Part shown: positions 49,838 to 59,593 of the stretch, piece by piece
How the letters are laid out: each line of letters starts with the position of its first letter
How positions within the stretch are numbered: position 1 is the first letter of the stretch
Made by a program: the position numbers and the translations under genes
Notes under the pieces: generated by a model
The model's database searches: none
Seen by the model: the letters and a program-made list of their open reading frames with translations, nothing else
What the model was told of the DNA's origin: nothing
NCBI GenBank assembly: GCA_050949565.1
Contig: JBMNFY010000007.1
Coordinates: forward strand, 160,001-224,000
Direction of reading: 5' to 3'
Length of the DNA stretch: 64,000 nucleotides
From: Kiritimatiellia bacterium
Lineage (GTDB): Bacteria; Verrucomicrobiota; Kiritimatiellia; RFP12; UBA1067

Positions 49838-50101
49838 TTACGCCATTTTGGCGATGCTGAGCGCCACGCGCGACTTTTTGCGGTTGGCGTTGTTCTTGGG
49901 GATCACGCCTTTCTTTGCCGCCTTGTCCAACTTCGAAGAATACTCGGAATACAGCTTCTGCGCCTCTTCCTTGTTTCCCGCACCAATGGCGTCAAGCACC
50001 TTTTTGCGGGCCGTCAGCACACCGCTCCGCACCGACCGGTTACGCAGACGGCTTGCATTAGCCTGCTTCGTACGCTTGACTGCACTCTTGTTAATCGCCA
50101 T
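49838..50101 (-). CDS. rpsT: 30S ribosomal protein S20
   Basis: MAINKSAVKR..RLRNRS..LDKAAKKGVIPKNNANRKKSR. Confidence 0.95.
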   Translation of the reverse strand: MAINKSAVKRTKQANASRLRNRSVRSGVLTARKKVLDAIGAGNKEEAQKLYSEYSSKLDKAAKKGVIPKNNANRKKSRVALSIAKMA

Positions 50102-50148
50102 GAAACATTGCTCCTTAGTCCACTTCCTCAAAACATGGAAAGTGCTCT

Positions 50149-50176
50149 ATAATAACGGATTTAGCCGGGCGGTCAA
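50149..50176 (-). promoter_or_regulatory. Candidate sigma70 promoter of rpsT
   Basis: Minus strand TTGACC-16 nt-TATTAT. Confidence 0.5.
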
Positions 50177-50204
50177 CTCGGAAGAGAGAAAGACCAGCAA
50201 AAAC

Positions 50205-50534
50205 TCAGGCGCCCAGCGCGGCTTCCAACGCCGACACCAGCGCATCCCCGCGCTGTAACCCCGTGAACTGCTGCACGACCTCACCGTCCTTGAAGAGGAA
50301 AATCGCCGGGATCCCCCTAACGCCGTAACGCGCCGCGAGATCCTGCGCTTCGTCCACATTCACCTTACAGATCTTGGCACGGCCGCTCATCGCGGGCGCC
50401 ACCTGCTTCTCAAGAATCGGTGTCTGCATTTGGCAGGGGCCACACCAAGGCGCCCAGAAATCAACCAGCGTGACTCCGCTCTTCACGGTTTCGTCAAAAT
50501 TCTCAGCCGTCAAATCCAACACTTGCTCGGACAT
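50205..50534 (-). CDS. trxA: Thioredoxin
   Basis: VDFWAPWCGPC, KVNVDE, VRGIP. Confidence 0.96.
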   Translation of the reverse strand: MSEQVLDLTAENFDETVKSGVTLVDFWAPWCGPCQMQTPILEKQVAPAMSGRAKICKVNVDEAQDLAARYGVRGIPAIFLFKDGEVVQQFTGLQRGDALVSALEAALGA

Positions 50535-50657
50535 GCTTGTCCCTCCTTTTGTTTGTTCTTAAAACAGGCGTGGATCATACCCCGAACCCCCGCCGCAATG
50601 CAACTCCGCAGTTGCCCGTTTGCCCTTGTCTATTCAAAACCTGACAATCCCATTTTC

Positions 50658-51662
50658 CTATGAAGACCGGACGCGCTCCGGAATGCCGCACGCCCGCATC
50701 GCATCCAGCAAGTGCGCACGGGCGGCCTGATAATCTTTCGGGCCAACGTATTCGAGAATCAGTGGGGCCTGCGGCGTGTGCTTGGCTGCCAAGGTCACGA
50801 AACGTTTGTAATCAATGTCGCCTTTACCGGCTGCGACACCACGGCTGGTGTGATGCTTGCGGTCTTTGGCATGCAGACAGTCGATCCAAGGCGCGAGTTG
50901 CAAAAACATTTCGTCGAGGTCGTTGAGTTCCAAAAGGTTGGCCGGATCAAGCAACACGCGTAGGCGCGGTGAGTTCAGCTCGTCGACAAAAAGCCGCACT
51001 CGTTTGGCACTCGAGAAAAAGCTTAGGAAAGAGGGCTCGAACAGCACTTTGGCGTCGTGCTTGGCGGCCATGTCGCCCAATCGACGGGCGGTCGCAATCA
51101 TGCGCGGCCAGACATCGTCCTGATACTCCAGCGGCACACGCGGCGCTGGCCCCTGCGGGTTGTAATAGTGGCCCGCTTCGGTGATAAAAGTGCGCACCCC
51201 CATGTGACCGCCGACCTCCATCATCGCTTCGAAATAGGCAAGGTTGGCATTCAACTCGTTGTCGTCGGGATGTATCAGGTTGGTGTAGACGCCGATGCTG
51301 TGGATAGCGAGTCCGGCATCACGATAAATTTTTGCGATCTCCTTGCAACGCGCAGGGGTGAGTCCGGCGAGATCGCTCCGGCTGTTGTACTTCCAATACG
51401 CGCTATCTGTCTGCGTAAGAAAAAGCTGAATGGTGTTGAAGCCGGCGGACGCGAGTTCAGCGGCAAGGGCAGCGTTCGTGTGGCCACCGAAGCCGAGTGT
51501 TGAGATACCGACGGTCAAACCTTTCGTTACGGTCGGCGCATCGGCCCCGGCGGAGAGCCGCGCAACACCGCTTAATCCACAAAACGCTGAGGTTTGAACC
51601 ATAGCCTTGAGTGCCTGGCGGCGCGAGAACATGTGATTCACGGATGGCGTCCTTTCTGACAT
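50658..51662 (-). CDS. Tat-exported sugar phosphate isomerase/epimerase (xylose isomerase-like TIM barrel)
   Basis: SRRQALK, LFEP, LDPAN, LHAKD, GKGDIDY, ILEY. Confidence 0.85.
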   Translation of the reverse strand: MSERTPSVNHMFSRRQALKAMVQTSAFCGLSGVARLSAGADAPTVTKGLTVGISTLGFGGHTNAALAAELASAGFNTIQLFLTQTDSAYWKYNSRSDLAGLTPARCKEIAKIYRDAGLAIHSIGVYTNLIHPDDNELNANLAYFEAMMEVGGHMGVRTFITEAGHYYNPQGPAPRVPLEYQDDVWPRMIATARRLGDMAAKHDAKVLFEPSFLSFFSSAKRVRLFVDELNSPRLRVLLDPANLLELNDLDEMFLQLAPWIDCLHAKDRKHHTSRGVAAGKGDIDYKRFVTLAAKHTPQAPLILEYVGPKDYQAARAHLLDAMRACGIPERVRSS

Positions 51663-51807
51663 GGTTTAACGCTAAAATTGACTGAACGCCGCATGATACC
51701 ATCCGTGCGCAAGGAGAGGAAAGCCAATATCTTTGGGCGGTCAGGATTTTACTCGCTTCTCACTCGTGACAGAGTGCCGTTTCCCATGGTATAGTGTTGC
51801 CACATCC

Positions 51808-52506
51808 ATGAGTAAGAGACCGACACAATTTGATTTTTGGTTTGCCGTCAACAACACGGAGATCGTGATGCCGCCCAAACGGCACCTCGAAACCTTCGGC
51901 AATACTATCATCAACTACTACCTCGTCAGTGAGTTGATGGACGCGGTGGGCAAAGTCCGCGTTCGTGAGGGCCGCATGCAGGCGCTGCGCCCCCAGATCA
52001 TCACGCCTTCCGCCTACTCCTCGACTTTGCTCGAAGGGTTCGGCGAGCAGGCGCAGAAATATCTGGAGTGGCTCAGGGAGCATGAGGATTCGGTGCGTAT
52101 CCTGCGCTACGGCTATACTCTCAAACAGGAAGCCTTCAGCGAGCAGGTCCTAACCGACTCGACCGAAGCCGTGCTAGAGCGCGTGACGCGTGAAGCCGCG
52201 ACCAAGAACGATCCGTTCGCAGCCGTAATCAAAGGCGTGGACGAACCTTGGGATGTCTGCCTCGTGCGCCTTTTCTGGACCGTGATACAAAACTCTGCGC
52301 AGGAAAACATCCGCGAACTGAACGAGCGTCGGCTGTTTGAAATGCAGGACGGCCTGCCGGCGGGCCTGCGCGACGAGATTGAGAAGGGCTTTCAGGCCGC
52401 CGCAAAAGACGCGAGCATGATCAAACCGCTCGGCAAGCTGTTACAAGACCACGGGCTTTTCGAACGTTTTCAGGACAGGTTCTTTGACCTCATCCAAAGG
52501 GATTAA
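51808..52506 (+). CDS. Hypothetical protein
   Basis: 232-aa ORF with typical coding composition, 7 nt upstream of leuC. Confidence 0.75.
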   Translation: MSKRPTQFDFWFAVNNTEIVMPPKRHLETFGNTIINYYLVSELMDAVGKVRVREGRMQALRPQIITPSAYSSTLLEGFGEQAQKYLEWLREHEDSVRILRYGYTLKQEAFSEQVLTDSTEAVLERVTREAATKNDPFAAVIKGVDEPWDVCLVRLFWTVIQNSAQENIRELNERRLFEMQDGLPAGLRDEIEKGFQAAAKDASMIKPLGKLLQDHGLFERFQDRFFDLIQRD

Positions 52507-52513
52507 CACTGCT

Positions 52514-53803
52514 ATGACCCTTACAGAAAAAATCTTGGCGCGCGAATCGGGAGCCAAAAGCGTTGCTCCCGGCGACAATATCTGGGTCGATGTCGGCATT
52601 CTGCTGACGCACGACGTCTGCGGTCCCGGTACGATCGGCATTTTCCAGCGCGAGTTCGGCAAAAACGCCAAAGTTTTCGACCGCGAAAAGGTCGTGATCC
52701 TGCCGGACCACTACATCTACACGGCGGACGAAAAAGCGCACCGCAACGTGGACACCCTGCGCGCTTTTGTCAAAGAGCAGGGGCTGCCCTACTTTTACGA
52801 TCCCGGTACCGAAAGTTATTGTGGCGTCTGCCATGTGGCGTTGCCGGAGTTGGGTCATGTGCGTCCCGGTGAGACGATCTTCGGCACCGATTCACACACC
52901 TGCACGCACGGTGCGCTGGGCGCGTTCTCTACCGGCATCGGCAACACCGACGCGGGCTTTATCCTGGGCACAGGGAAGCTACTGGTCAAGGTGCCACCGA
53001 CCATGCGCTTCGTGCTGGAAGGTGAATTGCCCGCTTATCTGTCCGCCAAGGATCTGATCCTGCACATCATCGGCGATATCGGCGTGGACGGAGCGACCTA
53101 CTGCGCCATGGAGTTTGCCGGTTCCGCTATTGCCAGCCTCAGCATTGACGAACGGTGTACCATCTGCAACATGGCGGTGGAAGCCGGCGCCAAGAACGGG
53201 ATCATCGCCCCGGACAAGAAGACACTGGACTACGTGAACGCCCGCACGCAAAAGCCGTTCGAGCCGCTGTACGGTGACGCCGACGCTAAAGTCGTATCCG
53301 AGCGGGTCTACAATGTCTCTAAACTCGAGCCGGTGGTGGCGCGTCCGCATCTGCCGGACAATAAGGCCCTGGCCCGCGATTGCCGCGACGTGAAGATCGA
53401 TCAGGTGTACATCGGTTCTTGCACCGGTGGCAAGCTGGAGGATTTCATCATGGCGGCGCACATCATAAAGGGCCGCCGTGTCGCAATCCGAACGCTGCTC
53501 GTGCCGGCGACCCGCACAGTCGAACGCGGACTGGACGAGACCCGCATTGACGGCCAGAGCCTGCGGCAGATTTTCGAGGCGGCCGGCGTCGAACCGATCG
53601 CGCCGCCCTCGTGCGCGGCGTGTCTGGGCGGGCCGATCGACACCTTCGGGCGCACCCACGGCAACGAAGTGGTGGTCAGCACCACCAACCGCAATTTCAT
53701 TGGCCGCATGGGTTCGAAAGACGCGCAGATTTATCTGGCCTCGCCCTATACCGCAGCGGCGACGGCCGTGACCGGACACATCACCGATCCGCGCGACCTG
53801 TAG
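52514..53803 (+). CDS. leuC: 3-isopropylmalate dehydratase/homoaconitase large subunit
   Basis: MTLTEKILAR, PDH, GVCH, GTDSHTCT, IGSCTGG, CAAC, STTNRNFIGRMG. Confidence 0.9.
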   Translation: MTLTEKILARESGAKSVAPGDNIWVDVGILLTHDVCGPGTIGIFQREFGKNAKVFDREKVVILPDHYIYTADEKAHRNVDTLRAFVKEQGLPYFYDPGTESYCGVCHVALPELGHVRPGETIFGTDSHTCTHGALGAFSTGIGNTDAGFILGTGKLLVKVPPTMRFVLEGELPAYLSAKDLILHIIGDIGVDGATYCAMEFAGSAIASLSIDERCTICNMAVEAGAKNGIIAPDKKTLDYVNARTQKPFEPLYGDADAKVVSERVYNVSKLEPVVARPHLPDNKALARDCRDVKIDQVYIGSCTGGKLEDFIMAAHIIKGRRVAIRTLLVPATRTVERGLDETRIDGQSLRQIFEAAGVEPIAPPSCAACLGGPIDTFGRTHGNEVVVSTTNRNFIGRMGSKDAQIYLASPYTAAATAVTGHITDPRDL

Positions 53804-53837
53804 CGAGTGTCCTCACGAACCGTGGACGCTCAATCGA

Positions 53838-53917
53838 AACCATGAAACACATGAAACTTCATGAAAATCAGGAGCATCTTAGAGGTTCCAGAAAACGCTC
53901 AACGTTTAACGCTCAAG
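53838..53917. repeat. 9-mer (CATGAAA-type) and heptamer (CGCTCAA-type) arrays
   Basis: AAACCATGAAACACATGAAACTTCATGAAAA and AACGCTCAACGTTTAACGCTCAAG. Confidence 0.7.
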
Positions 53918-53931
53918 TAAGTGCGCAAAAT

Positions 53932-54057
53932 TTGGAGTGCGGTGACAAGAGCCGCGCTGTGCGCGGGTCGCGGCACCGCTTTCGCGCGCCGCTTTGCCAC
54001 CCCACTCGTGCTTTAAAAGCGGCGTCGCGCGGAATACCGCTTGCCGCCGCACTCCAA
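53932..54057. repeat. REP-like inverted doublet, family C
   Basis: Terminal inverted repeats TTGGAGTGCGG/CCGCACTCCAA with inner CCGCTTT/AAAGCGG. Confidence 0.85.
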
Positions 54058-54103
54058 GTTCTTTCGCCAGACTTGCAGTCACGCAGTCACAAGGATAAGT
54101 TCT

Positions 54104-54652
54104 ATGCTTAACACCACCACCATTCGCGGGCCGGTCTACGTGCTCGAAGACAACATCGACACCGACCTGCTGATACCGGCATGCTATCTCAATCTCGTGC
54201 CCACGATTCCGGAGGAGTACCGCAAGCTCGGCTCGTACGCGCTGGCGGGACTGCCGGACACCTTCCCGAAGTTCGCCTCGAATCCGGATGGCACCACCCC
54301 CTACCCGATCGTCATCGGCGGACGCAATTTCGGTTGCGGTTCGTCGCGCGAGCATGCGCCGATTGCGCTGGGCGCGGCGGGGGCCAAGGCGGTGGTGGCG
54401 GAGAGCTACGCGCGTATTTTCTTCCGCAATTCAGTAGCCACCGGCGAGATCTTTCCGCTGGAATCCGAGCAACGCCTGTGTGAAGAATTTAAGACCGGCG
54501 ACGAGGCTGAAATCGATATGGCGTCGAACACCATCACGCGTCTCGCGGACGGCGCGGTCTTCCCCTTGAAACCGATCGGTGCGGTCGCGCCGGTCATTGC
54601 CGCCGGCGGCATGTTCGCTTACGCCCGCGAGATCGGAATGATTAAGTCATGA
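54104..54652 (+). CDS. leuD: 3-isopropylmalate dehydratase small subunit
   Basis: DNIDTD, GRNFGCGSSREHAP, AESYARIFFRN. Confidence 0.92.
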   Translation: MLNTTTIRGPVYVLEDNIDTDLLIPACYLNLVPTIPEEYRKLGSYALAGLPDTFPKFASNPDGTTPYPIVIGGRNFGCGSSREHAPIALGAAGAKAVVAESYARIFFRNSVATGEIFPLESEQRLCEEFKTGDEAEIDMASNTITRLADGAVFPLKPIGAVAPVIAAGGMFAYAREIGMIKS

Positions 54653-55464
54653 GCGCCAGAACCACCCGCGTCATCGCAGTCGCCAACCAAAAGGGCGGCG
54701 TCGGCAAGACGACCACGGTCGTCAATCTGGCCGCAGCGCTCTCCCTGATGCAGAAGACGGTCTTGGTTATCGACCTTGATCCGCAGGCCAACGCCACCAG
54801 CGGTCTCGGCCTTCCGCGCCGATCGGGCTACAGCCTCTATCCCGTGCTCACCGGCGCGGCCGACGTAGCGGACATCATCCAGGCCACGCCGTATGAAGGC
54901 ATCAACATCATTCCCGCCGAGCTTGACCTGGCCGGCGCGGAGATCGAGATTGCCCGGCAGGAGAACCATCTGGCAGTGGTCCGCAATGCGCTGGATCGAG
55001 TGCTCACCGCCGGAGTCTTTGACTATGTGCTGATGGACTGTCCGCCCTCGCTCGGTATTCTGATGACCTCTTCGCTCGCAGCGGCCGATGGCATCATCGT
55101 CACCATGCAGTGCGAATACTACGCCATGGAAGGGTTGAGCGTGATCACCTCGCTGATTGACCAACTCCGCGCCAACGGCGTCAACCCCGGCTTGCAACTC
55201 GAAGGCATCCTGATGACCATGTTTGATGGACGCACACGCCTCTCCGCTGATGTCGTGGCGGAGGTGCGCACGCACTTCGGAGAGCGAGTCTACGATACGG
55301 TCATCCCGCGCAACGTGCGCGTCAGCGAGGCACCCAGCTTCGGTCAGCCGGTTGTCTTCTACGATCCCGCCAGCCGCGGCGCGGAAGCCTACCGCGCCTT
55401 CGCGGAAGAGTTTGCGCACCGCACGCCCGCAGGCAGGTCGGCGGTTCATGGACACCCGAATTGA
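54649..55464 (+). CDS. parA: ParA/Soj-family ATPase
   Basis: ANQKGGVGKTTT, DLDPQANAT, DCPPSLG, QCEYYAMEG, IPRNVRVSEAPS. Confidence 0.9.
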   Translation: MSARTTRVIAVANQKGGVGKTTTVVNLAAALSLMQKTVLVIDLDPQANATSGLGLPRRSGYSLYPVLTGAADVADIIQATPYEGINIIPAELDLAGAEIEIARQENHLAVVRNALDRVLTAGVFDYVLMDCPPSLGILMTSSLAAADGIIVTMQCEYYAMEGLSVITSLIDQLRANGVNPGLQLEGILMTMFDGRTRLSADVVAEVRTHFGERVYDTVIPRNVRVSEAPSFGQPVVFYDPASRGAEAYRAFAEEFAHRTPAGRSAVHGHPN

Positions 55465-58400
55465 TGAGCGAAAACAGCTTATTCTCCGGCTATTTGAAGG
55501 AACTGCACGCTGTTGCCCGGCAGGGTGACGCGCGTGAAGAGAGTTTTTATCCCGCGCTCGCGGATATGCTGAAAGCCGTAGCCGACGAAACCGGACGCAA
55601 ACACGTTCACGTCACCACGTTGCCCAAACCCACCGATGCCGGGAACCCGGATTTTCGCCTGTGGAACGGCACCGACAGGATCGTCGGCTATATTGAGGCG
55701 AAGAATCCGACCATCGAGAACCTGGACGCCATCGAGGATTCGGAGCAACTCAAGCGCTACCGCGAAACGTTCCCGAACCTGATCCTGACCAACTTCTTCG
55801 AGTTCCGCCTCTATCGCAACGGAGAACGGGTACAGACCGTCCTCGCGGCGCGGCCATTCGTCATGACCCGCCTGCACACGACGCCACCCGTTGAACGCGC
55901 AGACGAACTTCAAGTACTGCTCGACCGCTTCCTCGATTTCTCGCTCCCGAAGGTTTTCACAGCGGAATCTCTGGCCGTTGAACTGGCCAAGCGCACGCGC
56001 TTCCTGCGGGATGAGGTCGCCCAGCAACTCGCGAGAGAGAGGGATGCGCCCAGTGTCCTTACCGGGTTCTTCGAAGCATTCCAGACCTATCTGATCGGCA
56101 CTCTGGAACCCGAGGATTTCGCCGACCTCTTTGCGCAGACGATCACCTACGGGCTTTTTGCTGCCCGCACCCGCTCTGGCGAAACCTTCAGCCGCCGCGC
56201 CGCCTTTGACAGTATCCCGCATACGATCGGCGTCTTGCGCGACCTGTTCCGGTTTATCTCGCTGGGCGATCTGCCCGAGCAACTGGCTTGGTGCGTGGAC
56301 GACATCGCCGAAGTGCTCGCCGTGGCTGACGCTCCCGGCATCCTCGACCGCTACTATCACGAGGGCAAAGGCAGCGACCCCATCGTCCACTTCTACGAGA
56401 CCTTCCTTGCCCAGTACGATCCCAAAGAACGCGAGCAGCGCGGTGTCTACTACACCCCCGAGCCTGTCGTCGGCTACATCGTCCGGTCGCTCCATAACAT
56501 TCTCAAGACCGAATTCGGCAAGCGCGACGGCCTCGCCTCGGAGGGCGTGACGCTGCTCGATCCGGCGGCCGGCACCATGACCTTCATCGCCCGTGCCGTT
56601 GCGCTGGCGGTGGCGGAGTTCGAGGCCAAATACGGCACAGGCGGCCGCGCCGATTTCATCCGCCACCACATCCTTAAGAACTTCTACGCCTTCGAGCTGA
56701 TGATGGCTCCCTACGCCGTGGGCCATCTCAAGATGAGTTTCTTTCTCGAAGAACTCGGTCACCGTCTCCGTGATGACGAGCGCATGCCGTTCTACCTCAC
56801 CAACACCCTCGACAACGAGGAACTGGAACAGAGCCGCCTGCCCGGCTTCTCCGCTTTGGCCGAGGAATCCCGCCTCGCTGGACAGGTCAAGCAGCAAACC
56901 CCAATCCTCGTCATCCTCGGCAATCCCCCCTACTCCGGCCACTCGACCAACACCGGCGACTGGATACGCGGGTTGATTGAGACATACAAGCAGGTGGACG
57001 GCAAGCCGCTCGGCGAGAAGAACCCCAAATGGCTCCAGGACGATTACGTGAAATTCCTGCGTTTCGCGCAGTGGAAGATCGAACAGGCCGGCTGCGGCGT
57101 AGTCGGCATGATCACCAACCACGGCTATCTGGACAACCCTACCTTCCGCGGCATGCGCCGAAGCCTCATGCAAACCTTCGACGACATCTACATTCTGGAT
57201 CTTCACGGAAATGCGCTCAAGAAGGAAACCAGTCCCGACGGCTCGCCGGACAAAAATGTTTTCGACATCCGCCCGGGCGTGGCTATTGCCTTCTTCATCA
57301 AGCGCGGCGGCAAAACGAAGTCCGACGCCGTAGTCCGGCACGCGGAATTGTACGGCACGCGCGAATCGAAGTACACATGGCTGGATAGGCATGATGCCAA
57401 GAAAACCCGCTGGCGCAAATTGACGCCGCGTACCGACAGCTACCTTTTCATCCCGCGAGACGAGTCGTCGCTTCGCGTATATGAACGCTTCCTGTCTATC
57501 CCCGACATCTTTCCGCTCAACAGTGTCGGCATCGTCACCGCCCGCGACAACTTGACGATCCAGTGGTCGGCACAAGATGTCTGGCACACGGTCAACCTGT
57601 TCGCAAAATCGAACCCAGAACTCGCGCGCCGCAGCCATCAATTGGGCAAGGACGCAAGAGACTGGAAGGTCACACTTGCGCAGCAAGACATTCTCGATTC
57701 TGGGCCTAGCCGCGATAAAGTCGTTCCAATTCTTTACCGTCCTTTCGACGTGCGCCACACCTACTACACCGGATGCGTCCGCGCGGCTTCCTGTGCATGC
57801 CGCGCCACGAGGTCATGCAGCACATGCTGACGGGCGACAATCTAGCGCTGTGCGTGGGAAGGCAGGGACAGGTCGTCGGTGCAGGTGAATGGAACCTTTG
57901 CTTCTGTTCCAAAACGATTGAGGACTTCAACCTCTTCTATCGCGGGGGCAATGTCAATTTTCCCCTCTACCTGTATCCGGAGCCCGAGCAACCGAAGAAA
58001 GACAAAGCCGGGGTCGGACGTTATGTGTCGATGATGCTGTTCGAGCCGAAGGAGCTATATGGCGCACGGCGACTGAATCTGAATGCGGCCATTGTTGGCG
58101 CGCTCGCGGCAGCCTATGGCAAGGCACCGACGCCAGAGTCCATCTTCCATTACGTCTATGCGGTGCTCTACGCGCCCACCTACCGCACAAAGTACGCTGA
58201 GTTCCTGAAGATGGATTTCCCGCGCATCCCATTCACGTCCGACGCCAAGCTCTTCAAGAGACTGGCCGCGTTGGGCGAGAAGCTGGTTGCGCTGCACCTG
58301 CTGAAATCGCCCGAACTCGACCCGCCGACATGCCGGTTCGAAGGGGACGGCGACAACCGCGTTGAAAAGGATCGTAAGACCGGACTGCGGTATGACGCCG

Positions 58401-58662
58401 ACGAGGAGCGGGTCTACATCAACGCTGAACGCAGTACTTTGCGCCCGTTCCCGAAGCCATCTGGAACTATCAGATCGGCGGCTACCAGGTCTGCGAGAAG
58501 TGGCTCAAGGATCGAAGGGAGCGGCGTCTTGAACTCGACGACATCCGCGCCTACTGCCGCATCGCAACCGCGCTCGGGAAGACCATCCAATTACAGGATG
58601 AGATCGACGCGATCTATCCTGAAGCGGAGAAGCAGACGGTGGTTGTGCCGGAAGACGACTAA
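55464..58662 (+). pseudogene. Single-chain restriction-modification enzyme (type IIG-like: nuclease + N6-adenine MTase + type ISP-like target-recognition domain) with two frameshifts near 57775 and 58430
   Basis: GNPDF..YIEAK, RGVYYTP, LDPAAGT, GNPPY, YRPFD; frame 2 YVYAVL..YR.KY.EFLKMDFPRIP; frame 3 WNYQIGGYQVCEKWLKDR ending at TAA 58660-58662. Confidence 0.88.
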
Positions 58663-58671
58663 TGCGGGCAC

Positions 58672-58706
58672 AAATAGGTAATAAGTAAGAGGTAAGAGGT
58701 AATAAG
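58672..58706. repeat. Heptamer array
   Basis: AAATAGG TAATAAG TAAGAGG TAAGAGG TAATAAG. Confidence 0.75.
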
Positions 58707-58709
58707 GAT

Positions 58710-58868
58710 CGACGGCGGATGCGCCAGCCGCTTGCGGTACGGCAGATTCCGTTCGTCCACACTTTTCACCCTTCTGACTCAACGTTTCGGCTCGTGAGGA
58801 CACTCGCCCTCCAGTACTCATCCACGCCCGTCCCTGCGTACTGGAGGGCGAGCGTCCCCGCGAGCCGC
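58710..58868 (-). repeat. Direct repeat copy 1: REP family B inverted pair plus 5' stub of a second RAYT gene
   Basis: Aligns with 59403-59559; GTG at 58769 encodes MKSVDERNLPYRKRLAHPPS versus MKSMDERNLPQRKHLAHPPS in the intact gene. Confidence 0.9.
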
Positions 58869-58919
58869 AGAGCCATGCCCAGTACGGCGGGACGTCCCGA
58901 ACCGCCGGAAACACGCGCC

Positions 58920-59462
58920 CTACCACCACAACGAATGAACCTCCCCTTGGAACGGCCATGCGTCGGCATCGGCGACCAGCCCCGCGCGCACGGGATTCTC
59001 CCGCACGTACAGCCACTTCCGGTGATACTGATCCCCGTCACGCATCTGCGTATCCCAAAAATCAGCCTGCCACCTCCAAGGAACGGCCTCCGATCCACAC
59101 CCATCCCCCGGCACTGGCACTGGAGGGCGAGTGTCCCCACGAGCCGCACCCGCCAGCCGCATCGTCACGCATCTTTTAAAATACCGCCCCCACTGCCGCA
59201 CCGGAACCGCAGGAAACCGTCCCGGCGCACAAAACAGATGCACATGATCCGGCATGATCACATACCGCCCCACCAGCCACGCATCCGCATCGCCGCATGC
59301 GCCACGAAACGCCGCATGAAACCTCTCCAACGCCAGAAAGTTCCCGCGCGGCTGCACGGTCAGCGTCACGAACAGGATGACCGGACGGTTATCGCGCTCG
59401 ACCGACGGCGGATGCGCCAGATGCTTGCGCTGCGGTAGATTCCGCTCGTCCATACTTTTCAC
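58920..59462 (-). mobile_element. REP-associated tyrosine transposase (RAYT/TnpA-REP, HUH Y1 family)
   Basis: LFVTL, YVIMPDHVH (HUH), FKR, WQADFWD, YVRENPVRAGL (catalytic Tyr); GGAG-footed REP pairs on both sides. Confidence 0.92.
59119..59147 (+). repeat. REP family B copy inside the RAYT coding sequence
   Basis: ACTGGAGGGCGAGTGTCCCCACGAGCCGC, translated on the minus strand as AARGDTRPPV. Confidence 0.9.
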
Positions 59463-59559
59463 CTTTCTGACTCAACGTTTCGGCTCGTGGGGACACTCGC
59501 CCTCCAGTACTCATCCACGCCATCCCCCGCACTGGAGGGCGAGCGTCCCCGCGAGCCGC
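59403..59559 (-). repeat. Direct repeat copy 2: REP family B inverted pair (59481-59558) plus the RAYT start
   Basis: CGGCTCGTGGGGACACTCGCCCTCCAGT ... ACTGGAGGGCGAGCGTCCCCGCGAGCCG. Confidence 0.9.
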
Positions 59560-59593
59560 CCTGCCCTCAAAAAACCTCTGCGTCTCTGCGTGA

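Noticed and set aside
53932-54057. Structured element as a tRNA or riboswitch
   Set aside because: No cloverleaf or T-loop consensus; terminal inverted repeats and a second partial copy fit a REP-like repeat
57770-58440. Programmed phase variation of the RM gene
   Set aside because: The frameshift sites have no homopolymer or tandem-repeat tract and resemble other probable assembly errors in the window
58710-59559. Repeats around the RAYT as a CRISPR array
   Set aside because: The repeats are inverted palindromic pairs without regular unique spacers, and there are no cas genes
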